Shown piece by piece: positions 1 through 11,891 of a DNA stretch of 64,000 bases. The stretch's first letter is position 1, and each line of letters starts with the position of its first letter. Position numbers and translations under genes: made by a program. The notes beneath the pieces are model-generated. The model saw nothing but the letters and a program-made list of their open reading frames with translations, did no database searches and had not been told where the DNA came from. The DNA lies in NCBI RefSeq assembly GCF_006345805.1, contig NC_043000.1, forward strand, positions 20,584,001 to 20,648,000. The letters are read 5' to 3'. Origin of the DNA: Octopus sinensis (lineage: Eukaryota).

Positions 1-299
1 AGTGTGGTAAATATATATGTAGAGAGAAGGAAAGTTTACCATCAGAAAAGCAAAATATGAAAGAGATAGATGAATAGCAAAACCTTTACTGTTGCTATCA
101 CAGATTTTGAAATTTCATAATTAAGTAAAAATTTTCAAATTTGGTATATTGATGTACTTTTTGATGCTGAATCTGAGTTTGTCAAACATTTATTCCAGAA
201 AAATTTTAGGAAAATGTTACAGAAATTTAAAGTTTGATCATTTTTACCTAATCAGAAAAGAGGATTTGTACATGATAGCAGCGAAAAATGAAAATAAAC

Positions 300-910
300 A
301 TTGGAAGATGAGATTTTAAACAGAAGAGATTTTTGGAAATATGCTGTGCTTGAGAAGAGCCGGCAAGCCAAATAACCTCGTGGCCTATGCCAGGGGCATA
401 ACCAGCCCACTTATGCATACCTTTTCCTTCTTTGGACACTAAACTCTGTTTGTGAAGACCTGTTGAGGCAAGTGAAATTGAAATCAAATTCAATGGCTGG
501 CATCTGTGCTAGTGGGGTGCAAAGAGCACCATACAAGTGTGATCGTTGACAGAGTGGCTAACCGGCTTCCGTGCCAGTGGCACATAAAAGGCACCATTCA
601 TGCATGATCGTTACCAGCATCGCCTTACTGGCACTTGTGCTAGTGTGCAGGTGACACGTAAAAAAAAAAAAACACCATTTGAGTGTGGCCGTTGCCAGTA
701 CCACCTGACTGGCCCTCGTGCCGGTGGCACATAAAAGTACCCACTACACTCTCAGAGTGGTTGGCATTAGGAAGGGCATCCAGCTGTAGAAACTCTGCCA
801 GATCAAGATTGGAGCCTGGTGTAGCCATCTGATTCACCAGTCCTCTGTCAAATCGTCCAACCCATGCTAGCATGGAAAGCGGACGTTAAACGATGATGAT
901 GATGATGATG
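300..910 (+). mobile_element. Retroposon family D ending in a (GAT)n tail
   Basis: ...ccaacccatgctagcatggaaagcggacgttaaacgatgatgatgat; reverse copies at ~1478-1730 and ~3247-3920. Confidence 0.65.
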
Positions 911-940
911 AAAGCAATGCAAGAGAGATAATACATATAC

Positions 941-974
<34 letters not shown>

Positions 975-1814
975 AGAGAGTGACAAAGAGTATGGTAAAT
1001 ATATTGACATATTAATGGTGACAGATCAAGAGCAGAAGAGTTGTTAGTCTAAAAGTATAGTTATTTCTCATAGAAAATTAACTTTCTTCTTCTTTTTATT
1101 ATTTATGGACAACCTTCTCTTTGGAATGCAAATTTCAAAAATCAAAATTCTTTCTTCTCAAGGATGCACTCTTCCAGAGCTTTTTGGGGTTAAACATACA
1201 TACATAACCACATACACTCGCACTTATATAGCAGCAGATACACAGACACACTCTCACTATGTAATTCTTTCAGTTTGTGTCTACCAAATACACTCACAAG
1301 GTCTGGTCAACCCAAAGTTATAGCAGAAAACGTCCAAAGTACCACTCATTTGGACAATGTCCAAAACCAGGCAGTTGGGGAAGAAACTTAACCACATAGC
1401 CATGCCTATCTCCGGTGAAATTAATCAGATAATTTTTTTTTTTTAATTTCAGTTATTTTCAGAATTTCTTAAATCATCATCATGATCGTTTAACGTTCGC
1501 TTTCCATGCTAGCATGGGTTGGACGGTTCAACTGGGGTCTGGGAAGCCCAAAGGCTGCACCAGGCCAGTCAGATCTGGCAGTGTTTCTACAGCTGGATGC
1601 CCTTCCTAACGCCAACCACTCCGAGAGTGTAGTGGGTGATTTTATGTGCCACCGACACAGGTGCCAGACGAGGCTGGCGAACGGCCACGCTCGGATGGTG
1701 TTTTTTACGTGCCACCAGCACGGAGGCCAGTCAATAAATTCTCAATATTGTTTAAATAACACTTCAGTTATATCTTTAATACCAAAGTTCACTAAAAATA
1801 GTTATGCTCTCTTA

Positions 1815-2871
1815 CCCTTTTACTTGTTTCAGTCATTTGACTGTGGCCATGCGGGAGCACCACCTTTAGTCAAACAAATCGATCCCAGGACTTATTCTTT
1901 GTAAGCCTAGTACTTATTCTACCGGTCTTTTGCCGAACCGCTAAGTTACAGGGACGTAAACACAGACACACATGCATATATACATATCTCCCTCTCTCTC
2001 ATTCTTCATTCTTTCTGGTTTTCTCTACAACCATTCCCTTTCTCTTACTCCTCCTCCTCTGTCCCATCGCTGGTCAGCGACGAGAAAACTACTGTCTTTC
2101 TGACCTAGCTTCCTTCGAGTATAAATGACTTTTCTGTGCCTCCTTCGCCATTCTCAAAAAAAAAGCGTTCGTAATATTTTCTCTCGATTGGTTTAACAGC
2201 CCTTCTTGTCTGTGTTACTGTTATTCTCCTTGTCCTGTCTTTTACTGTTTATATTTTGTACTGTCTTTACTGTCCTGTTTTTGTTACCATTTTTACCCTT
2301 CCGCAAAAAAAATCTCAAATTTTATTTAATTTGCTTTTTGCGGGAAGGAATGTTTCACTAAAGTCGTGTCTTGCCTTGACCTTTGAAACGCGGAGTAGAT
2401 AAAACAGAGGCAACTGAAGAAGGGGAATTTTCCTTGTGTTCTATGTCCAGTACTCTATTTTTTGGTTGTTTAAGAAAAATGTCCATTTCCTTGGTTTTGT
2501 GTTTATGTTTTCGTTTCTCATTGTGTTCAACGTTTTTTTTTGTGTCCTGTACCCGTACATGCATGTATATATACATGTAGATGTAGGTACGTACATATAT
2601 GTATATATGCATGTTTTATTTATTAATTCGTTATTATACGACAGAACGCATGCATCCATTTCTAAGTAAGTTTGTTCTCTCTCTCTCTCTATATCTATAT
2701 ATAAATATGACGGGCTTCCTTCAGTTTCCATCTAACAAATCCACTCACAAAGCTTTGGTCGGCCCGAGGTTATAGTAGAAGACACTTGCCCAAGGTGCCA
2801 CACAGTGGGACTGAACCCGGAACCATGTGGTTTGTAAGCAAGCTACTTACCACGCAGCCACTCCTGCGCCT
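1815..2871 (-). mobile_element. SINE family B (tRNA-like head, internal (TA)/(TG) microsatellite, AAGAGT tail) with an ~690-bp insert in its microsatellite
   Basis: Matches the other family-B copies on both sides of ~1990-2680. Confidence 0.75.
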
Positions 2872-3414
2872 GTGGTGGAAGAAAAAAAATGAAAACACCC
2901 TGTCAAAACAGAAAATTCAACTTCTGTGGGTGGGCTATTCTAAAAGTCCACAGTGAAATCATCTATTTTTTATTTTTTTACTTTTATTTTCATGGCTGAG
3001 TGGTTACGAAATTCACTTTGCAACTATGTGGTTTCTGGTTCAATTTCACCGCATGGCACCTTAGGCAATTGTCTTCTACTATAGCCTTGCCAACTAATGT
3101 CTTGTTAGTGACTTTGGTAGATGGAAACTGTGTGGAAGCCCATTGTATAAATACATGTGCGTGTGTGTGTTTATAACTCTGCCATACAGTTTGACATCCA
3201 GTGACGATTGGTTACATTCCTGCAACTTAGCAGTTTGGTCAAAAAGATCATCATCATCATCATCTAACGTCCGTTTTCCGTGCTGGCATGGGTTGGACGT
3301 TTTGACTGCGGTCTGGAGAGCCAGTGGCTGCACCAAGTTCCAATCTGATCTGGCAATGTTTCTACAGCTGGATGCCCTTCCTAACACCAACCACTCCAAA
3401 AGTGTAGTGGGTGC

Positions 3415-3920
3415 TTTTTACATGCCACCAGCACAGGAGCCAGTCAGGTGGCCCTGGCATCGATCACATTTGAATAGTGCTTTTTATGTGCCACCAGCAT
3501 AGGAGCCAGCCAGGGAGCACTGGCATCAGCCACGTTTGGATGGCGCTTTTTAAGTGCCACCAGCATGGGAGCCAGTCAGGGGGCAGTGACATAGGTCCCG
3601 TTCGGATGGTGCTTTTTACATGTCACCGGCACGGAAGCCAGTCAGGGGGCACTGACATTGGCCATGTTTGGATGGTGCTTTTTATGTTCCACCGGCATGG
3701 GAGCCAGTCAGGGGCCACTGACATCAGCCACATTTAGATGGTCCTTTTTACATGCCACTGGCATGGAAGCCAGTCAGGGGGCACTGACATCGACTGCATT
3801 CAGATGGTGCTTTTTACATGCCACCAGCATGGGAGCCAGTCAGGGGGCACTGACATCGGCCACGTTTGGATGGTGCTTTTTATGTTTCACTGGCACGGGC
3901 GCAAGTCAGGGGGCACTGGC
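3415..3920. repeat. 66-bp minisatellite (~8 units) derived from the internal segment of family D
   Basis: The (g)ccacc core recurs at 3424, 3490, 3556, 3622, 3688, 3754, 3820 and 3886. Confidence 0.9.
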
Positions 3921-4131
3921 AAAAATACCAAACGTAAAACACATAAGTACTGAAGTCAATTTGTTTAAACTAAAACCCTTCAAGGCATGACCCCAACATG
4001 GTCAGTGTCCAATGGCTGAAACAAAAGATAAGGGATAAAAGCTAATACTGAAAACCAAAATCCATTTCAGAGCAACAAAGAACAATCATGATTTGCTACA
4101 TTTATGAATAAGAAAACAGTATTTTGAAGTT

Positions 4132-5001
4132 TTAAAGTTTCATTTTCTTGAAAACTGTGGCTTCAGCTTCAGAAATTATGGTCTGTTTCTGTGGATTAAC
4201 TGAGCATTTAACATTATTAATGTATTCAGAAAGTTGTTTGTCTGGGAGGAAGATGGCAACTAAAGCTTTATATAAAATAATTTCATTTTCTTTTGCTATA
4301 GACAGAGGGGTAAAATGATAACTTGGCCACCAACTCTTTCGATCAGACCACACAGATTCCACTTCAGAACTAAAGGTGTCAGTGTCATATGTTTGTGTAA
4401 GAGTCTCCAGTAATTTGGCTAGCCTTGACCAAGGATCAACCATTGTCTTCCAGCAGCTATAGTCCAGTAAATCAAATAGATATTTCAGAACATCACCGTA
4501 ATTATCTGAAATCATATCACACAATGTTAACACCAATGGATCAGAAGGAACATACTTTACAAAATTCCTCAAGACTTTGACCTTTTTCTGTTCACATGCA
4601 TTTGTTTGACAAAGAAAATCATAATAAAATTTATGAGAATTAGGATTTTCAGGATTAGATAAACAATAGTCTTTGAGTAATTTTTCAACAGCTTCAAAGT
4701 TTTCATTCATTTCAAGAGCATGCCTTTCAGCCTTTATAAAAATATCTCTCACAGCAATATTTTCTTTCACTGTAACTGCTGAAAAGCATGAGAGCATTTT
4801 AGTCATCTGTGAGTCAAGAGCAAAATTAATGGTTCCAGATTCAATTTCTGCAGAATCAGACTTCATCTTGGACTTTCTAGTATCAAGCCACTTAAGATAC
4901 CAAATAAGACCTTGATAAGCAAGAAAAAGTGCCTTATTGTAGGTAACATTTCTTGACACAGAAACAATTTGTCTTGAAGAAAGAGCAACAGATTGTAATT
5001 C
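4132..5001 (-). CDS. TAF1A: TAF1A coding exon 2 (289 aa plus TAA)
   Basis: Polypyrimidine acceptor ttctttttcctttatAG|GAA at 5002/5001, in frame with ORF 4132..4959. Motifs LAYQGLIWYLKW, NPENPNSHKFYYDFL, YVPSDPL, LFDLLDY and WSDRKSWWPSYHF match the recalled TAF1A pattern (QAYKGLLQYYTW, PSNPNAHIYLYNFL, IVPSHKL, WNSRKNWWPGFHF). Confidence 0.88.
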   Translation of the reverse strand, partial: ELQSVALSSRQIVSVSRNVTYNKALFLAYQGLIWYLKWLDTRKSKMKSDSAEIESGTINFALDSQMTKMLSCFSAVTVKENIAVRDIFIKAERHALEMNENFEAVEKLLKDYCLSNPENPNSHKFYYDFLCQTNACEQKKVKVLRNFVKYVPSDPLVLTLCDMISDNYGDVLKYLFDLLDYSCWKTMVDPWSRLAKLLETLTQTYDTDTFSSEVESVWSDRKSWWPSYHFTPLSIAKENEIILYKALVAIFLPDKQLSEYINNVKCSVNPQKQTIISEAEATVFKKMKL

Positions 5002-5237
5002 CTATAAAGGAAAAAGAAGAGACAAATTTATTATTAGTAACAAAAAACAAGACATCAGAATTTGGAATAGTAAATTCATATTCAAATGTTTGATATTTCT
5101 TTCAAGTCAAAATTTTAATTCATGCAGGCATTATACCTGACTTTAATGTTGTTTTAGCAGGCTACAAAATATAATCATCATCATTTAATACATTATTTAC
5201 ATTCGACGGATATTTGTCCTCATCTTGTTTGTTGTTA

Positions 5238-5281
5238 ACACAACGTATTGGCTGATATACCCTCCAGCCTTCATGAGGTGT
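5238..5281 (-). ncRNA. Core-mutated hammerhead remnant in the TAF1A intron
   Basis: ACAC CTCATGA A GGCTG (10 nt) CAGCC AATA CG T T GTGT: helices I and II are perfect, the core carries three substitutions. Confidence 0.4.
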
Positions 5282-6414
5282 CTTTGGGAAATTTCGAACC
5301 TGGGTTCTCATTCCTAAGGTATTTTTTGATGTTCTTCTTCTTATTATTATTATTGAGTGAGAGAGCAGTGCATGCCATCAAAGTGACACTGGGGTAAAAT
5401 ATACGAAGCCCAGTATACCCATCATGACGACCCATCTGATAAGGGTACACCAGCCACATGCATCACAACCATATGTGCGCAACATGGTGATCTCATATCA
5501 AGATAAACAATGCATGATCCAGTTAGGTGGGGCCCAGTTAGAATTTTCTTCTGGTCGAGTAGCCTATACCACTCAAAAGGTCCCTGAATAAGGATTGTTT
5601 AAGGATGTTGAACGAACCACCCATGTTTCCAAGGGTGAATTATCCAATCCTCCAAGAATTCCTTTCAATACGCAACTATGATACTCCCCAACTACTTCTG
5701 CTCGTGATCAGAGATGCACATATCGTCAGCCACTAAGGGACATGGTCAACTGGTTACAGTCAAACAACTGACAAGCAAATCTGTGGTATTGAGCAGAATA
5801 TTTGCTGTAGCCCATCTTTTATATCATTATTATTATTATTATTATTCAGGTCATCGCCTGGAATCGAACTCGGAATCTTATGGTTAGTAGCTCGTGCTCT
5901 TAACCACTACGCCATCATTTAATGTTCTTTTTTTTATGCTGGCATGGGTTGGACAGGATTCTGGTGAGCCACAGGCTGTGTTGAGCTCCAATATCTGCTT
6001 CGGTATGGATTCTGTGGCTGGATATCCTTTCTAAAACTAGCCACCGATGTATACTGGGAGCTATTTTTGATGTCAGTGGCATTAGTAAGGCTTCCAAGAC
6101 AGAAAGAGAAAAGAGAAAGCCCCTACAACTAAGTGAGTGGGGGAGAATATTTGAGAAGGGAAGGTGGCTTTATGCCAGGTGTTGAATGGCTAAAGTATGA
6201 TAGAGGGACAAGCACAGGTGTAACCTGGAATAACTACATAACTTTGTGAGAAATGCATATTCTTTAATGAATTTCTGCAATAATATACTCTTGAAAATGT
6301 AGATTACAACTATGCTGATAAATTTAGGAAAAAAATTGAGGGGTTAGGGCTGAATCTTTTTTCATACCCCCAACCCTGACTGTCAACAATTTCCATAATT
6401 TAAGTGTCTTTTAT

Positions 6415-6790
6415 CTTCTATTTGTTTCAGTCATTGGACTGTGGCCATGCTGGGGCAGTGCCTTGATGAGGGTTTTAGTCAAACAAATTGATCTCTATAC
6501 TTATTTTCCATTTTTTTTTAAAGCCTGGTTCTTATTCTTTTAGTTTCTTTTGCCAAACTGCTAAGTTACATGGTTTTAAACAAACCAACACCAGTTGGCA
6601 AGCAGTGGTAGGAGACATACACACATCTGCACAAACAGATAGATAGATGACAAGCTTCTTTCAGTTTCCATCTACCAAATCCATTCACAAGGCTTTGGTT
6701 GGCCCAGGGCTATAGTAGAAGACACTTGCCCAAGGTGCCATACAGTGGGACTGAACCTGAAACCATGAGAAGTAAGCTTCTTACCACACA
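6415..6790 (-). mobile_element. SINE family B, diverged, in the TAF1A intron
   Basis: gacacttgcccaaggtgcc and tttcagtcattggactgtggccatgc blocks. Confidence 0.75.
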
Positions 6791-7171
6791 GTCATCCATG
6801 GCAACCTTTAGATTGCTAATCAGGTGTAACCTATACTCTTAAAAGTCTACCTCTGCAAAATTTCTTTTAAAATACACACTTTTCAGAGAAATTAAAAGGG
6901 AATAAAGTTGAATGGAGGGGGCACCTATCTATAATTAGGTCTTTAACATTACAACAAATGATTAAACTGGATAGGTTTTCGATATATAAACGTTAAATAC
7001 ATTAGACAATAATAATTTTTTTCTTACTTCTCCCTCGATAACCCAAGGAAAGAGCAATTTTAAATTTGTGAAACTTGAGTTAATTTTCAAACAGATACAT
7101 TTATGTCTAGAGTGGGATAAAAACTTCAAAAAGGTTAATGTTTACAATATTACTCACAAACGAAAAACAAA

Positions 7172-7642
7172 AAAATTGTGCAATGGGTGTAAAAAAAACT
7201 CAAGCAAAAAATAATTTATGAATTTCTCTTCGAAAGTCCTCTCCCCACCCTATCGGAAAATATTTTCCTCACAAATTTCTTTATAACCGTAATGTATGCC
7301 GTTTGAAAGGTATTTATATAAAATTTCATTAGAAGATATCCATTTTCCTCAAAGTTATGAAGGAAAAGCTCGGATCTTGTGAATTTTCCGAAAGTCCTTT
7401 CCCCACCCTCTCGGAAAAGATTTCCCCCACGTATTTCTCTATAATCGTAATCTATGCCGTTTGAAAGGTATTTATATAAAATTTCATTAAAAAAAACCCC
7501 GTTTTCCTAAAAGTTATGAAGGGAAAACTCGGATCTTGGTAATTTTCCGAAAGTCCTCTCCCCACCACCCCCGTTGGTTTGCGCGCATTTTTGTTTTCAT
7601 ATTCGTTTCATACACATTTTTTTACACCCGTTGCACTATTTT
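7172..7642. mobile_element. MITE-like element with 20-bp TIRs and an internal ~159-bp tandem duplication
   Basis: gtgcaatgggtgtaaaaaaa (7178-7197) / tttttttacacccgttgcac (7617-7636), 19/20 match; cgaaagtcct.tccccacc occurs three times. Confidence 0.7.
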
Positions 7643-7681
7643 CGTTTCCAGGTAATATGGTAAACTTTAACTAAAAAATTT

Positions 7682-8070
7682 AGCGCAGGAGTGGCTGTGT
7701 GGTAAGTAGCTTGCTAACCAACCACATGGTTCCGGGTTCAGTCCCACTGCGTGGCACCTTGGGCAAGTGTCTTCTGCTATAGCCCCGGGCCGACCAATGC
7801 CTTGTGAGTGGATTTGGTAGATGGAAACTGAAAGAAGCCTGTCGTATATATGTATATATATATATATGTTTGTGTGTCTGTGTTTGTCCCCCTAGCATTG
7901 CTTGACAACCGATGCTGGTGTGTTTACATCTCCGTCACTTAGCGGTTCGGCAAAAGAGACCGATAGAATAGGTACTGGGCTTACAAAGAATAAGTCCCGG
8001 GGTCGATTTGCTCGACTGGAGGCGGTGCTCCAGCATGGCCGCAGTCAAATGACTGAAACAAGTAAAAGAG
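7682..8070 (+). mobile_element. SINE family B in the TAF1A intron
   Basis: gcgcaggagtggctgtgtggtaag ... gactgaaacaagtaaaagag. Confidence 0.85.
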
Positions 8071-8928
8071 TAAACCAAAGAGTTTTGTATTGTAACCATG
8101 ATACTAGTAGGGGGAGGGGGCAGGTATTATGATACGACGAGTTCAACAGTTGAAAACTTTCTTATAAGAAGAATAACGAGGTAGTATAATTTGGGAGAAT
8201 CGCAGTAAGATACCCTATTTGTTATTGCGAAAAGATTGCGGAAACAAATTAATCATAGAATGCGTTGGAAATGGATAAAAGAATTTTAAAAATAGATTCG
8301 TGTAACTTGAATTTCATGAACCAGTCATTATGAGATGATACTAATAAGAAAAATACAAAAGTTAATTGATAAGAACGAGGGTAGAATTTTGGAATAGCTG
8401 TCCTTCGAAGTCCCATTACATCATGGAATAGGAAGATACATATATATCGGTACTAGTAACATAACTGTCACTTATAAACCCACGTGGGTTTATTTACATT
8501 TCTGAAGAAAAAAGATACCCTTCCCCCCACCCCTAACCCCACATATATAAAAAAAAAAAATTTACGGAAAGTGACGATCTTCTTGTTCAAATGTAAACAA
8601 ATACACGTGAGGTAAACGGGACTCATATCGAAAGAATGGCTTATATATATATATAAAAATTATATATTATACATACGTATATAATTCTGTGTTTTAAACA
8701 ATAGAAAAATTACGATCCAGAATACATTTTTTTTACCTCCCAAAATTTTCAAGTTTTTACATTTTTGCCCCGCCCTCTATCTTGCTTCTGATTTCCGTAA
8801 CCTTTCCCTTTCCCATGAGGTTAGGGAATTCGGGGGACAACAATTTCAAAATTCTGGCAAAATTACGTTACGTATAACAAAGGTAGTATAATAAAAATAT
8901 CATAAATGAATAATGAACAAATATTTAC

Positions 8929-9504
8929 TTGAATAGCTTCATCGATGCTGTTGTTTTGCAGTTGATACCATAATTGTTCAAGTTGGATATCGCTGTGTGT
9001 TACCTCCGATCTAGCGAACATGCAGAATAACTTCACCATTCGCTCGATAAAATTCAATCGGTCTTTCAACGGGTTAGAATATAGAAGTTCAAAGCCAATT
9101 TTCACCGCAGAACGTTTCAAATCACAAGTCGACTCCTGGTGAGAAATACTTAGTATCTGCGCTAACTCATGCCAACGGTGCATCAATAAACATTCGCGCA
9201 AAAGAAACTCTAGTTTTTGTGGAACACCTCGTGTATTTTTCTCGTAAGATAAATTGTTTTTTTTAGCTAGCTCACACCAAATGTCTTCCAGCCATTGAAA
9301 TTCCTCGTCGGTTGATACATCCTCATCTATAGTTGAAAGGAACTCATTATAACATTCCGTGTCATGTAAAATAATTGATAATATCTTCTTCATCCGCCTC
9401 AATTGAACTTTGATCGCAACATCTGTATTACCGTATAAACTATCATCACTGCTGTAATTTAAATTATTTTCTGAATCATCGTCGGATTGTAGCCTTTCGT
9501 CCAT
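8929..9504 (-). CDS. TAF1A: TATA box-binding protein-associated factor RNA polymerase I subunit A (TAFI48), coding exon 1 (192 aa)
   Basis: ORF 8863..9516; first in-frame ATG at 9504 (the track's start is a TTG). LLMHRWHELAQIL and KIGFELLYSNP resemble vertebrate TAF1A LLKHQWQQAAEYM and KLGSEILFYHP as I recall them. Phase-0 donor CAA|GTAAAT at 8929/8928. Confidence 0.85.
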
Positions 9505-10090
9505 AATTTCTAACAAAGGACCATGTGCTTAGATAGGAAGTAACAAATTTGTAAACAATTCCGGTGTAAGACGAAAGAGAAGCACGTTGAAATAAACGTA
9601 AGATAGTTGTATGCTTCTATGAGGTGTACAATAATCAAAATGTTTTCAATAATCAGAACATCCAAATGATATATATATTTTTTTAATCAATGGCAAGAAT
9701 AATAAGAAACAGATTCAGTCTTAAATACAGATATTTTTCATATAACAGTTAAAGCGTTCAAGGGAGGTAATTCCAAGTGTATAAACTGCTTAATTGCTGA
9801 GAATATTAATAGTAACGATGTATGTATTATGATGTAGGTCCTATTATTACAATTAATATTCTAAGCAATATATGAATTAACTGTTGAATTAAAAAATATG
9901 CAGGTTATATAAGCTGAACATTTAGAAAACAGCTGAGCACAAAATATTACTTGCTTTTGGAGAATAAACGTTCATATGTAATTTTTATAGAGCACAAGAA
10001 ATATCTCCTGTGAATAAACTACTCTAATAGGAATAGATCTTTTTTATTCTATTAAAAAAGTAAATGAAGTTATTTGGCTAATAGTTAAGA

Positions 10091-10517
10091 TGGATCTTTT
10101 GGGCTTGAACGCCAGTTTTTTTTAATAATTTCCACGTAACTAAACACTTTTAAACTTCGTATACTGGTAGAATGTGTTTATAAAACATCTTTTTCTCTTG
10201 GCTTTATTGAGAAAATTCTATAGTTTGTAAGATATTTGTTGTTTTTTCTTCAATTTCTGCAATTTCAACCAATCAATGACGTCTATTGAGGTGAAAACAT
10301 TCTGTGCCGTATGAATATGTCCCTCGTTTAAGAAACAGATTGGGTTTATTTACATTTCTGAAGAAAACAAGATACCCTTCCCCCCACCCCTAACCCTAAC
10401 TAACCCTAAATCTAAAAGAGATTGAAATGCAATAGATCGATACTAGGATCATAATAATGGGTGACAATTTCATATGACACCGCTAGAAAAAACTGCCGGT
10501 CAAACCGAAAAGATCCG
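10091..10517. mobile_element. MITE with 10-bp TIR (c/t)ggatctttt and 6-bp TSD ttaaga
   Basis: ttaaga at 10085-10090 and 10518-10523; internal ccctaa repeats. Confidence 0.8.
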
Positions 10518-10614
10518 TTAAGATTGACTATCAAATGATATGAATCATTCGTTTAAACGAGTTAAAAGCCCTACAACCAAATATCTTTTCTACCGAAAGG
10601 ACACGGCCTGAAAT

Positions 10615-10790
10615 TTTAAGGGAGGGGTTAGTCGATTAGATTGACTCCAGTACGTAACTGGTACTTATTTAATCTACCCCGAAAGGATGAAAGGCAAAGT
10701 TGACCTCGGCGGAATTTGAACTCAGACAAAATGCTGCTAAGCATTTTGCCCCGCCTTCTAACAATTCTGCCAGCTCGCCGCCTTCGCCGT
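10615..10790 (-). mobile_element. SINE family A, tail A
   Basis: Reverse complement of the head (cagctcgccgcctt) and of the central block. Confidence 0.75.
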
Positions 10791-11891
10791 ATAACCAAAT
10801 ATGGAACTATTTCTGACAGTTACGAACCCAGCAAATATATTTCAATCGCAATTAGATATTATAGATGTTAATTAAATGAGAAATAGATTGAATTATAATA
10901 TCTAATAAAGCAAATATATTGACGTTTAGCTCCAAGTCAACGTCTCTCGACCTGACCGATTGTCGAAAGTGCTCATGTCCTGCTCTAGCCCTTTCTAATT
11001 TTTTTCTTTGTATAATCTGTGATTATATCATTTGAGGCAGTGGATCTCAAAAGATACGTCACAAAGCACTAACCAAAATATAATTTATAATATAATTTAG
11101 ATTTCAGAGAATTCATACCAATGCATAATGTCTTGAAAGGCAAGTTAGAAAAGAGGTAATGAGGTGGTGGAATCACTTGAGCTTTAGAGGTGGGAGAATG
11201 CTTTTTGTAGTATTTGTTTTGGTCGTTTCTATAGGAAGTTCAAATTCGACCCAAGTCAGCTTTGCTTCTCACCCCGCCTAGGGCGATAAAATAGAATGCT
11301 AGTCTTGCATTGGGTCGATATGGCACCAACCACTTCCCCTAAATATCAGATTGTACCTATTTGAGAAACAGAGCGTGCCGGCTTGTTTCAGTTGGATCCG
11401 TTAAATCTTGTAATGTGCAACCAGTTGCTGTGATAGAAATAATTCACCACAAATGGTTTCATTACGGTCTTCACAGAATATTTGGAAGAACTAGATGTAA
11501 GTCCTCCGGTAATTTTCTTTCGTGTAAATAAATGTTTATGTTAATTTTAAAATTTGCCAGCAAAATGTTATAAAATGACAATTTTCTAAAAGATGTACAT
11601 GTTTATAATGAAAATCAAAGTATTTTAAATTAGAGACAAATATTATTAATAAATTAAGATAAGCATTTTTTTCTGGGTTTTTTTTTTTCTACATTTATAT
11701 CTACAAAACATTTTTTACACTTTCCATCGATAGCGTACTAGTATTTTTCTTTTATCTTCAACGTATGCGATAATTGCCTTAAGCAACAGACTTATATCTT
11801 AAAATCATTTTTTATTATTCGTCATTTCGGGGAGGGGACAGATCGATTACATCGACCCCAAGGTTCAACTAGTACTTATTTTGTCGACTCT

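Noticed and set aside
2290-2440. 13-bp inverted repeat (2297-2348) and scattered GAAACGCG / CTGAAGA words suggesting a hammerhead
   Set aside because: The core elements are not in a foldable order with supporting helices.
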